Of a stretch of 64,000 nucleotides of DNA, positions 1-11,892 are shown one piece after another. Source of the stretch: Catajapyx aquilonaris. Taxonomy: Eukaryota. The notes beneath the pieces were generated by a model. That model searched no databases. It worked only from the letters and a program-made list of their open reading frames with translations, and was not told where the DNA came from. The position numbers and the translations under genes are program-made. The stretch's first letter is position 1, and every line of letters begins with the position of its first letter. The stretch spans positions 1-64,000 of the forward strand of contig KZ538361.1 of NCBI GenBank assembly GCA_000934665.2. The letters run 5' to 3'.

Positions 1-241
1 GGCGGAGCCCCCCCACCTCGCAAAGCGAGTAATACCCATATACGATATAGCCTCTTGTGACAAAACATCGTAGTGACTTTTTCGGTGATGTCATCAACAT
101 GTGCTTCACTTGTCGATTTTTTATTCCTCTAAAGAAGGATGCGCTGTGTAGTGAGAATGAAAAATTCAGTGCTTATATTATTTTCACTAGAAGAAAGGAA
201 AGCCTCGGCAAAGTCCAGCTTTATATGTATGTATATGTATG

Positions 242-251
<10 letters not shown>

Positions 252-296
<45 letters not shown>
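252..296. repeat. (TA)n microsatellite
   Basis: Perfect TA run abutting the foldback left terminus. Confidence 0.97.
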
Positions 297-299
<3 letters not shown>

Positions 300-2255
300 G
301 CATTCCACGTCAAGCGGGCCACCTTCCGACAAATTTTTGAGGACCTTGACTAAAATTTAGTGACATGTACTACTCATCGACCTATGCAATAATCCAAATT
401 ATTATGCCTCTGCGTTGCGTGGTTGCATAACCACAGGGTGTCAAAGATGGCAATTTTTGACCATTTTTTATACGTTCGCTGTCACTAAGATGGCCATATC
501 TCCCAGAAGGTCAGGACAAATATAACATTTGATATGTGTATTCGAAGGGTAATTTTACGCTCTATGAGATGGCCATACTCAAAATTGAAAAATCCAAACA
601 TTTAAAATCAAATATGGCGCCCAAAACATTGATTTTGATATTGGTCGTGAATCGACCCCTACGATTTCTTTTGAATGGCACCTAAAATGACAAGGGCAAT
701 GTTTACTTCACATTTTCGAAAAATCTCAAGAACCCTTTTTCGATATTTGCCGACAATAATAACTTTTTTGGTTTCAAACGCGTCCCGTAAGTGTGGTCAC
801 CTCATTTGGTGAACCATAACTCGGAGAAGGTCAGGTCAAATCTTATATTTGATATGTGTATTCGGAAGGTATTTTTATGCCCCAGGAGATGGTCATACTC
901 AAAATGGAAGAATCAAAAAACTTTAAACCAAAAATGACGGCCAATTTTTGATTTTGATATTGATCAATATTCGACCCCTACGATTTCTTTTGAAGGGCAC
1001 TTAAAATGATCAGGGTAATGTTTACTTGAGATTTCCGCAAAATCGGGAGAGCCCCTTTTTGATAATTGCCAAATATAAAAACATGTTAGTTGCAAGACGC
1101 GTTTCGTAAATGTAGTCACCTCAATTATCAATAAGATTGCTCCAAATGTGTTTGCGGTGACCTTGTTCATACTTTTGTCCTCAAATTATGCAGCAATGGA
1201 GCAAAACAGTGCAAAGGCCTCGCGAGAATGCCTGATTCTAGCACTATACATTGGTAATAGTAATTAATATATACCGATTTTAAGGATATACTGAAAAGAT
1301 AAGTCCCATAAAGTTAACTGAGACGAAATAGGTATTTATTATATTTACGTAGAGTGATAGAATCAGGCATTATCATTATGTGCAACATGAATATTTAACT
1401 CGACAAATTTGGAGTAATTTTATTCATAATTTAGGTGACTACATTTACGGTACGCGTCTCACAACTAACATGTTTTTATATTAGGCAATTGTCAAAAAGG
1501 GGTTCTCCCGATTTTGCGGAAATCTCAAGTAAACTTTACCCAGATCATTTTAAGTGCCATTCAAAAGAAATCGTAGGGGTCGAATATTGATCAATATCAA
1601 AATCAAAAATTGGCCGTCATGTTTCATTTAAAGTTTTTTGATTCTTCCATTTTGAGTATGACCATCTCCTGTGGCATAAAAATACCTTCCGAATACACAT
1701 ATCAAATATAAGATTTGACCTGACCTTCTCCGAGATATGGTCCGCCAAATGAGGTGACCACACTTACGGGACGCGTTTGAAACCAAAAAAAGTTATTATT
1801 GTCGGCAAATATCGAAAAAGGGTTCTTGAAATTTTTCGAAAATGTGAAGTAAACATTGCCCTTGTCATTTTAGGTGCCATTCAAAAGAAATCGTAGGGGT
1901 CGATTCACGACCAATATCAAAATCAATGTTTTGGGCGCAATATTTGATTTTAAATTTTTGGATTTTTCAATTTTGAGTATTGCCATCTCATAGAGCGTAA
2001 AGTTACCCTTCGAATACACATATCAAATGTTATATTTGACCTGACCTTCTGGGAGATATGGCCATCTTAGTGACAGCGAACGTATAAAAAATGGGCGAAA
2101 ATTGGCATCTTTGACACCCTGTGGTTATGCAACCACGCAACGCAGAGGTATAATAATTTGGATTCCTGCATAGGTCGATGAGTAGTACATGTCACTAAAT
2201 TTTAGTCAAGGTCCTCAAAGATTTGTCGGAAGGTGGCCCGCTTGACGTGGAATGC

Positions 2256-2258
<3 letters not shown>
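297..2258. mobile_element. Long foldback non-autonomous DNA transposon, Sola-like (GAG...CTC termini)
   Basis: ~850 bp inverted arms (about 297-1147 and 1406-2258) with a ~260 bp spacer. Termini are GAGGCATTCC / GGAATGCCTC, with ATAT on both sides inside (TA)n tracts. Each arm holds a ~320 bp direct duplication (e.g. agaaggtcagg at ~505 and ~825). There is no transposase ORF. Confidence 0.85.

Positions 2259-2309
<51 letters not shown>
2259..2309. repeat. (TA)n microsatellite
   Basis: Perfect TA run between two palindromic elements. Confidence 0.97.
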
Positions 2310-2312
<3 letters not shown>

Positions 2313-2841
2313 TCTATTGTAACTCTGCAAAGACTTTCAGGGATAATAGAGGGGACCAAGACAAGTATTTTTGACATAGGAACCCGTGTCCGGAAACGTC
2401 ATCTAGAGGGGGTTCATAGACAAGGAACGGGTGCGCTCAGACGCGTCACGCGGGAGGCGCTAAGAGAGCGGACTGTTTTGTTGATAGATGGCGCCCAGTT
2501 GTTGCCAGGTTATGGCGTATCGCGTCGTTGTACGCAAACAACAACAGAACCGCTGTTGACTATCCGCGCGTCTCCTAGGACGCATACTTTAGTTGCTAGA
2601 TGGCTCTGCTGTTGTCAGGTTATGACACATTGCATCGTTGGTTACTATCCGAGCGCCATCTATCAACAAAACAGGCCGCTCCCCTAGCGCCTCCCGCGTG
2701 ACGCGTCTGAGCTCACCCGTTCCTTGTCTATGAACTCCCTCTAGATGGCGTTTCCGGACACGGGTTCCTATGTCAAAAATACTTGTCTTCGTCCCCTCTA
2801 TTATCCCTGTAAGTCTTTGCAGAGTTACAATAGACACCCTG
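2310..2841. mobile_element. MITE with ~185 bp TIRs, CAGGGTG-terminus (Tc1/mariner-type) family; left terminus eroded
   Basis: gtgtctattgtaactctgcaaagact...gatagatggcgc (from 2310) is mirrored by gcgccatctatc...agagttacaatagacaccctg|ta (to 2841). Confidence 0.85.
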
Positions 2842-2915
2842 TATATATAAATCCAGTCTCATCAATCACTTACAAATTACAAGGTAGGCTATATTGTACA
2901 AATACAGATGCATCA

Positions 2916-3137
2916 GGGAGGCGACATGGCGCTGCGGTAACATATGCGCCCACGGATGATAAGGTCCCGGGTTCGAACCCAACCCGGGGTTCCCCCCTTC
3001 ATCTCGTGCAGAGTTGGGCTATCTCTGGCTTCGTCTCGAGTGGAAATTTCCGCTAGACTAATCCACCCGGGGGAGTTCACAAAATGACCAAGCAACGACA
3101 TTGCACTTGCACTTTGCACATCCCCTCCTACTTACCA
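2916..3137 (+). mobile_element. tRNA-derived SINE
   Basis: A-box-like tggcgctgcggtaa and B-box gggttcgaaccc (~2969), followed by a non-tRNA body. The 3' end is approximate. Confidence 0.6.
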
Positions 3138-3653
3138 TTGGAACAATGAAATAATATAAATATTATCACTCCTGATATTATATGGTTCCCAAAAAAATAG
3201 TGGTATTCCACCCTCCCCCCCCCCCACCCCCCTAAGAGGGCCTACGGCCCTAGCACGGGGTACCAAAAAAACGGTTGTACAATCGAATGAGGAAAATAGG
3301 CTAAAGATGCTGGGTCACATAATCCGCACTTCAAAAACACAAAATCATCACAACTGTCATCTAGATCTAGTAAAAATACCTGAACATGTTTCAAAATATG
3401 TAGTTCATTTTTTAACATTGATTTTAACATTGATAGCATATAGAGAAAAGGGGCAAAGAAAAAGTGGGGGAACCCCGCCACTTTTCGTTTGCCCCTTTTC
3501 TCTATGCAATCAATGTTAAAATTATGCTTATATTTTAACCCTGCTAACGTGAACATTACCAGTGGAGGTGATGCTTGCACAATACTATCTGCAAAGCAGA
3601 ATTAGAAAAGGCAAATATTTTCAAAATTTATTCATGGGAGTAAAAAGTATATA

Positions 3654-4077
3654 CAGGGTGTATCTGAACTCAGTGTCCCGACGTATATGACTGCCTTCCT
3701 AGCCACCAGAGGATCGATTTAAGTATAGGAGTCATATGTCTGGGCAGCCTCATTACGGAGATAATTGGCCGCAAACATGTAGTACAAAATATCCGGTCGG
3801 TTAGGCCACCCATCGAACCCTCCCCCAGTCAGAAGGCTCTGGAAGGTCTGGGGGCGGGACTTTGTTGGTTTGTTGCCCACAGGTGGTAAGGCCTCTTTGG
3901 CTAGTTACACCAGAAAATTCTATTTAAAAGTCAGAAGGAGCGATTAGGCAAAAATCGCTAAAGAGTGTATCTCAGTAATGAGGCTGCCCAGACATATGAC
4001 TCCTATACTTAAATCGATCCTCTGGTGGCTAGGAAGGCAGTCATATACGTCGGGGCACTGAGTTCAGATACACCCTG
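3654..4077. mobile_element. MITE with ~110 bp TIRs, TA|CAGGGTG...CACCCTG|TA (Tc1/mariner-type)
   Basis: Near-perfect TIRs cagggtgtatctgaactcagtg... / ...cactgagttcagatacaccctg with TA on both sides. Confidence 0.92.
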
Positions 4078-4376
4078 TATAGTTCGATTGTGAGTAACTG
4101 AATTTACCTTTATTCAGGGCATGATGGATAGACCGGAGTTTTTTGTTTTGCAGTTTCATTCCACAGTAGAATTACCGGTACTATTTTTAAAGGCAGGTTG
4201 TCTGCTTGAAAACGCAAACTATACAAGTGGAAGCAATAAAAATATAAACTGACGCCAACTCTGTAGTTTGCTGTTTATTTATGCAACCGGGCCTAATTTT
4301 TATTATTTTAAATTTTGAATTATTAATGTTGACTACCAACGACGCCACACTATTATGTAGCAATAATGTCACTATT

Positions 4377-4642
4377 TGGTCTCCGAAGCCTCGTTATCGA
4401 GATAAAGCAGTCGAAGAGTGCATTATACAATCTCTTATACATGCTGCGTATATACAACCTGCGATACTTCCATCTCTTCCGTCACAGCCTCCTGCACATG
4501 ATGAGATCGTATAGTTTGAATTAAATGCATGGTAACATCTCATTTACATAAAAAGTCAAGGTCGCTCGGAGGGAAGCCTACCTTCCAGGATACTTTATAC
4601 CTTTTGAAGCTTATTATGTTGGTAACGAGGTTTCGGAGACCA
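4377..4642. mobile_element. Putative MITE (imperfect ~24 bp inverted repeats)
   Basis: tggtctccgaagcctcgttatcga versus ttggtaacgaggtttcggagacca. Confidence 0.55.
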
Positions 4643-6801
4643 TATAATTATTATATACTCTTCCCATCCAAGTGATCCTCTAATACCCAGAAGTTCACTA
4701 TGTTTTTGTTTCAAATTTTAATTTAATTTTGTTCTCTATCCTGTGGGTGTCATAATTCAGGGACAAGTTACAAGCCAAACAATTTCGGCTTGTTCCACTG
4801 AATTTATGTAGGCATTTTTCCCATTATGCACGTCATAAAAACATTTGAACCCCCCACCCCTCATATACCCTCACCTGATCGAATAAGACCAAAATATCCT
4901 ATATTATATGTTGAGTACCGTACACCGGTATTTGTGTATAAGAATAATTTTTGAATATCAGGTCACTGATCATGATCACCCTGTACAATGCTGCTCACTA
5001 GATCCAGATACAACCGTGTCAAGTCCTAATTATTAAAACCTGAACAAATTGACACGAATCCTCATTTGTCGGCTTACCCAAGCCAATCCGCATTATTAAT
5101 CCCCCTGTCCCTCCATCCCCACCTCCCTTTATTTGGAGAAGGTGAGCCAATGGAAATTAATGGATTCCTCTTCATTTCGCAATGAATTTCATCTTATTTG
5201 TAAACGTCACACCAAATTACCCGTATTAAAGTCGCTTTGACATGGCACGACCCGCGTTAGAAGCCACGATTGTGCAAATAAATATTATTATGAAGAGCAA
5301 CAACAATAATCAGCACCTTGATTCCAATAGCGGTGTTTATGTGAGAAGCCCGAGCTTCCATCAGTTTTCGTGCTGAGAAAAGGAAGAAAAGCATGCTTGT
5401 TTTAGCCCTGAGCGAGGACTTTGAATGCCGTAATTAATCCACCTGATTAATAGAGCGCAGAGGGTGGGTGAGTGGGGTGGGGTGGGATTATGCACACACT
5501 TGTCTCGGAAGACAAGCTTCACATCGGATGGGTGTGGTGGTGGTTACCTTATTGGATTCATACTGTTTGACCTTCCATCGAGGAACGTCCCTCGACCGTA
5601 TGTTTATCACCACGTGTTATGCACGATTTGTTCCGGGCATGTGACGTCGTCCGACGATGCCATAGAGTCCCGTATCATCTAATGTAATTGGCGAGAAGCG
5701 TTGGCAGCTCCGGACTATATATGATGGCCACACCCACTAATTGGCCTTCGTGGCCCTGCTAATCTAGCTGATGAGGTGAGACAGATGGGATCAATAGCAT
5801 AGGTGGGGTGGACTGCATAGAGACCAGTAGCCTGCACTATTATTTGGGCAGCGGGACTCGGTACCGGTTGGGAATGTCGCAACTCCGTAGTCTTTTTGTG
5901 AAGGTTTGGGTGCCGACAGTTGCAAATCATGGTGCGGGAGGCAAACTTGTCTTGCTGGGGTTCTTTGGGCCTTTCGCACCGCGCGGCCGCCCGCCTTGAT
6001 GATGATGGCTGGGAAAGGGCCACAGGCAAGGAAAGGAAGGCAAGGAGCATGGCTTGTAGCCTCAGGGACACTACACCACCCCTACGCACATACAACCAAA
6101 ACCCCGCCCCGGGTTCTACAGCCTTGGACTCGCGCCTTTCATCCTGACTATACTATTATATCATCGTGTACTCCACTTTTTTCAACATGAATTATGTAGG
6201 CTACAGGCAGAATGAGGGGAATGCCTAGTACTGTACAATATATTAATAGTGTAACTAGAATGCACTTGTTTTTTTGCAAGATATGTTATAGCCTAGTATG
6301 GATCAGATCTGGGTAATAATAAAATAATATACTTCATGCATTATTAGAGAAGCTACAAAATATGGCATGGATTTTATCACGTGAAAACATTTTTATACAT
6401 TATTTTGCTGATTGCAGAATATACGTTCGTGCAATTTAGTTGTCTTGTTAAACATTACTAGCGATTTCATCATCTTTCAGAATCTGCACTTACATCTTTG
6501 AATCACATGACGGAACATGCAGTTGGCGAAATCGGAGTTTGAAAAAAAGAATGAGGAAGGTGTATAGGAATAATGTTATTACAACACGGTCAGTCTTGAC
6601 CAAAACAATTTAAAAAATAAGAAAAAATACTTGGGGAAGGACACATTGAAGAGTATGGCACACAATGTCCAACTAGGCTTATGTAAATAACATCGAATGT
6701 GTATTATAGCTCCATCGAAAGCGGATGTCAATTACAAGAGAAGAAAATAATGATTTTCATGTGTGCTCTACAGAAGACAGGAGGAGCGTATAATCATGTC
6801 A

Positions 6802-6915
<114 letters not shown>

Positions 6916-7806
6916 TGGGAAAAGACAGCGTCTGAATAAAACCAATGTCAATTTCCCCCCATAGTTTAGTCATAAATATCTGGAAATTCCAGCATTGCCA
7001 GGAACTCCCATCGGGCAAATCCAGTTGCTATAAAGTTCCACACTTCGATTTCATCGAATATAATGTTGCATCCACTTCACAGAAGGACCATCACATTGCT
7101 ACACTTCCATTTCGTCGAAGCAGGTCCGCCACATGCCAGCAGATGTGGCGAACATGTTAGCGGTTTTTGTGAGTAGGTGTGGGTGGGCATTGCCCGGGGC
7201 AATTCGGCGGTGGGGGTAAAAAGGGCGGGCTTGGAGGGCCTGAAGTTTTTGGGCGCCGCCGAGACGGTGCTGAGTCCAGCGGCGCCATGAGGCTTGAGGC
7301 TCTCAACCCTGGCTGCTTGCTTGCTTGCATGATCTCCTCCTCCTGGGACCCGTTAGCCCCAGGCTATGCACCACCTCATCATCACTACTATACTACTGCC
7401 CAAAAATCCCGCTCTTTTTTGCTTCTTTTTTTTCCAGGCTGCTCAGACCGACAAAAAATATTTTACAAAAATTTAATGCTGGAATTGTTGTTTTTTTTGG
7501 GTGAAATGACGGGTGTAAGGTGGATCAGGTGGTGTGGTTTGTGTTGTACCGTGTAGGTACAAATAGTTGCGAAAGCTGAGGGTTATTCAATGAGACACGG
7601 TGAATCGTGAAAAAAGTTTTTTGAAAACATCTATTAGGAAATGTAGGGTATGTAATAAGGCCATTGGCATAAATTTTATGGTGGTAAAGAAATTCGGCAC
7701 AAAATAAGTTAATCTTCAAACTCTGTATAAACTAGACAATTATCTATCAGTCACATAATTATTTTAAATCACAACTCTCATATCGAAAAACCTATCCAAT
7801 GTGACT

Positions 7807-8264
7807 GTGATCGTTCTGCATTTCAGGTCTTCATTTTCATTTTGTATTGAGTCAACCGTGAGAAATGTAGCACTGCTGTAGGAGGAAACGATTCAAATTG
7901 AGAAGAAAGACGTATACGCAATGTCTATAGACACAATACGTATAATTATATTATGTAGCAGCTCATTACGCACGATCATGTATAAGACAACAGGGTTAGG
8001 TTTGTTGGTTGTGCCAGAGAGCAACTATAAGGCTATCTGACATTCATGTGATGGGTTTTTGGTAGTGGAAAGAAACGGGAGAACCCCGAGAAAACCCACG
8101 CAAACACGGCGAGAACCCATCGAAACTCTTCCACATAAGTGTCCTCCGTCCGACCCGGGGATCGAACTCGGGACCTTAGAGGTGGAAGGCTGTGGCGTTA
8201 ACCACTACCCCACCGTGTCGCCCCTGTAAAACAATATTGAAGACCTGAATTGCAGAATAGTCAC
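7807..8264. mobile_element. Putative MITE interrupted by a SINE
   Basis: Inverted pair gtgatcgttctgcatttcaggtcttca / tgaagacctgaattgcagaatagtcac brackets the SINE at 7992-8224. Confidence 0.55.
7992..8224 (-). mobile_element. tRNA-derived SINE with V-domain-like core
   Basis: Minus strand reads ggggcgacacggtggggtagtggttaacgcc...gagttcgatcccc (A/B boxes), then tgtggaagagtttcgatgggttctcgccgtgtttgcgtgggttttctcggggttctcccgtttctttccac. This resembles the V-SINE central domain as I recall it. Confidence 0.75.
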
Positions 8265-9662
8265 CACACAGGGTGACCCAACTCCCAGCCACTCTCCCTC
8301 TCCTGTTGGTTGCCAGTTGTGCCAACTACAAGTGCCAACTCAACCTTTATACTGTTGTCAACAACCTGCTAGTTGGCACAACTGTGGAAACCAACAACCA
8401 AAGAGCTTATAGAATATGATTATAGAATCAAGAGCTCTTGATAGAATATAGTTATTATTCTCTTTGCCAGCAACCAACAACCCTGAATTTCAGGCCTTAT
8501 ACTGTACTCGTACACGCTTGTGTCTTATTTTAATTTAATTTTCTTTAATTATATTAACGACTCCACCTTCAGGAGATCTATCATTTCGATTTAAAATGTG
8601 AAACTGTGCATTATAGAAAGAGAGTAATTTTCTATAATGACCATCTTCTGGAATAACTGCACATCCGGTGACATTTCCATTGATCGAATGGAAATAAATG
8701 AGTTCATATAGCAACGTAACACTATAGCAGGCGAGAAACGGAAATAATCAATAGTATAGTCTACACTCTACAGTATATGCGCGAGATTAGAGTAATAAAA
8801 CACGACAATCGACCTATCGATCTACTGCAGGTGAATGAATGAAAATATTCTAAATTAAGGCCTGTAATGACCCGAAACATCATCCACTTCGCACGCTTTT
8901 GAGGCAATGAAGGAAAACTGCAATAGTCGCTTATAAAACACTGGAATCAGTTTCATTCTTGAGAGTTTTATCAGTTAAGTATATGCTTGAGCAAAGCTAA
9001 TTTTTCGGAAAAGTGAAGAATCTCAAAATCGATTTCTTGAGATAAGTTACATACTGCGCTGTGAATGTTTGTTCTATATCGGACTTTTCATGATTGTGTC
9101 ATACTTTGGAACGGATCGGTGGCAAACTAGCATTATTATAAATACAGCTTGAATAGTCGGTATGTTTAGCCGACACTCCAACGCTGATCTATTACACCAT
9201 CACATTATAAGTAATCAAAAGTCAAAATTATTTTACACTACTAGCCTCTATAGCGATTATCGGAGTATTCCACACATTGTTGTAATTGTTATTATACAAA
9301 GTATATGCAAGCATTATTATACAAACATTTATGATGTAAGTTATTTTAATGGTGTGATAGAAGGGCTCATTGCTAAATACCGGGTGGCCGGATGATTACG
9401 ACGCAGATATATAAACTCAATCTCAAAATGTGTTTACATATAGGCCTACTATGATTACTTCATTACAGATGACAATATTCAAAGTTTGTTTGCAACACAG
9501 CCGCTATTTTAAATAAAAAGTGGGCGCCTTAGGCAGCCCGACAAAATAAATATCCGATATTATTCGCTCTAAGTCTTGTAGTCTTTTGTATAGCATGCTT
9601 GGTGTTGCATCCATTGCCATATAGCGCCCCTTATTCGTGGGGTTTGACTGCTCAAGGTAATA

Positions 9663-10236
9663 CAGTTTAATCAGGATATAACAAACTTCAAGGGACCGAG
9701 GAAATCAGTATGTTATTACCGAGGTCTGTTATAGCCAAATCGCCACTTTTGCATCGAATAACTTATATACAAGTTTTCTGCTTTCGTATAGTCTTATAAT
9801 GCACACTACTGCATACTAATTAACGAAACTATCCACAAACATGCAAAATGAGCTCACCCGTAACTTAAGCAGGACCCCATCAAAAACATCATCTGTAATT
9901 TTCTCCGGCCATCTCGTTCTTGCCAAATATACCAGAAAAACAATGATTTTGACCTTTTCGGCAAGTGTTATTAGGTCAGTGACAGATGGGAAAATCACCC
10001 CCGCTCGAGTATGCAGTGCTTTCCTCGCGTGGGAAAAGAAACTGAATAATCAAAAACAGCACCCCCCACAAGGGGCCAATAAATGGTCTGTTATAGCCGA
10101 GATGAGGCGTAATTAGTCAATTATATCAGAAGTAAAATACACAGGGCCTTATGGAAGTACGGCGGGACCAACCTTTCAAGTCTGTTATATAACTGCAAGT
10201 CTTTACAATTGAGGCTGTTATATCCGGATTCAACTG
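9663..10236. mobile_element. pogo/Tigger-like non-autonomous element (TA|CAGT...ACTG|TA)
   Basis: TIRs cagtttaatcaggatataaca / tgttatatccggattcaactg, internal repeats of gtctgttata, and a TA TSD. Confidence 0.75.
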
Positions 10237-10358
10237 TATAGCCTATTGCTGACCTTGACCTGGCATACAATATTAATTTTTTCACATGACCCCACAGCAA
10301 TAACAATAAGGTTAAGTCTTGTGACTATATAGGGGACCTTTATAGGACTATACTTATA

Positions 10359-10564
10359 CAGGGTGTCTCAACTTTTTTGTCTGAACACTTATTGCACTAA
10401 GCTGCTTATTTTTAGCAGTGACTTGCAACCATGCAGTGATGATTCCCTGGCTTTATCAGTTGAGGGATGTGCCAGGAATGTTGGGCGGAATATACTGGCT
10501 ACATAGCTAGAAGATACATAAGCTTTTCCGATAACTGTTCGGACAAAAAAGTTGAGACACCCTG
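10359..10564. mobile_element. ~206 bp MITE, CAGGGTG family, copy 1
   Basis: TIRs cagggtgtctcaacttttttgtc / gacaaaaaagttgagacaccctg with TA flanks. A near-identical copy lies at 20470-20679. Confidence 0.93.
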
Positions 10565-10812
10565 TATATATAGGAGACCCTAAAAGATCCCTGCTGCAAT
10601 AATATTGTCCCACCTCTGCCGATTCATGCACAGCAACTGTGCAACTCATGATTCAGATGATCCACAATTAGGGTGGTATACGTACACCATCTTGTTGGGA
10701 AAACGTTCCAGCTAATAGGTATAATAATTCTCCAGTAGGCCCATCAGGTCACCACATTTAGTTTTTCGTCCTAATCATCCAGACACCCTATACACTCCTG
10801 TAAGGAATATAT

Positions 10813-11425
10813 GGCGGTTCGGTTGTAACTACTTTTTAGTCTGGATTTTTTAATTCAGTTACATATGCATTTAGGCAATGATAATTATGGTGGAAATAAG
10901 GCAACATTCCTCTTTGTAAAATTAACATGATACAATCTTAATGTTAAACATTGATAGATTATTTTATAAATATTTTTCCAAGGCAACGCAGAGTGTTACA
11001 ACCGACCGCGACCCCATCATAACATATAGGGGTGGTTGTAACAGAGGGCGGGGTCGATTGTAACACTATGTCATATAGGAGAAAAATAATGTAATATGGA
11101 AGAACAGTTTACACCCACTCATCTTCTCGACAATATTGTCTTATATAGCGTATACTTGATCCACCTAGATTACTCATTATCTCTCGATACCCTGGAATTT
11201 ATTCAGCAGATAAGTATTACAAGAAAATGGATTTTTTATTCATGTAAATTTTTGACAACTGGTTATAAGAAGAGGCTTTATTGCACAAAATAATAACTAT
11301 TTCTATACTCTCAATATCCTGTGAGATATGTAGCTGTAACATTTGTAGCTACTATTGTACGCAGACTTGACCTTTCTCCCATGATTTTACAATGTTACAA
11401 CTGACCCCAAGTAAGCTGTTACAAC
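10813..11425. mobile_element. Degenerate DNA-transposon remnant(s) with repeated TTGTAAC/GTTACAA subterminal motifs
   Basis: The motif occurs in both orientations at ~10821, 10995, 11034, 11056, 11393 and 11418. Boundaries are unclear. Confidence 0.4.
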
Positions 11426-11743
11426 TGTCCCCATTGTGTGTTGTCTTGTAGAAATGCTTACTACTTTTTAACTGTGCACATGATTTGGTCATCCATATAC
11501 CGTCAGTCGTCAGTGTGACCCCACTAAAGGAACCTTTCTCATGATACCAAGGGCAATTCAATAACACCTCTATACCCTCTCTGATTTCGGCCCTTGATTA
11601 CTGCATGTCACTCAAAAAAGTTGGGAACATATACCTGGATTTTTTCTTGCATATAAAAGAACAATAAACAAAAACAGGAGTAGCCAAAGTTTGGCGTATA
11701 CGTATGATGCTTTTCATCAGCAACTTTATTCAAGCAAGCAAGA

Positions 11744-11892
11744 GGGCGACACTGTGCGGTGGTGGTTTGGAGCCACAGCATCTGAAACTCCAAGTTCAAT
11801 TCCGCAGGTTCTGACGGATGTGGAAGAGTTTTGATGGGTTTTCTCCTTTTTTCGTGCGGGTTTTTTCGGGTATTTCCCGTTTCCTCTCACAA
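11744..11892 (+). mobile_element. Diverged second copy of the V-domain-like SINE
   Basis: gggcgacactgtg...gttcaattcc...atgtggaagagttttgatgggttttctcc...gcgggttttttcgggtatttcccgtttcctctcac aligns by eye with the reverse complement of the 3' part of 7992-8224. Confidence 0.7.

Noticed and set aside
297..2258. Repeat array resembling CRISPR or an autonomous transposon
   Set aside because: There is no repeat-spacer periodicity, no cas gene and no transposase ORF, and the context is eukaryotic.
57..2837. ORFs with YIYIYI runs and mirrored peptides on opposite strands
   Set aside because: They are translations of (TA)n tracts and of inverted-repeat arms, not genes.
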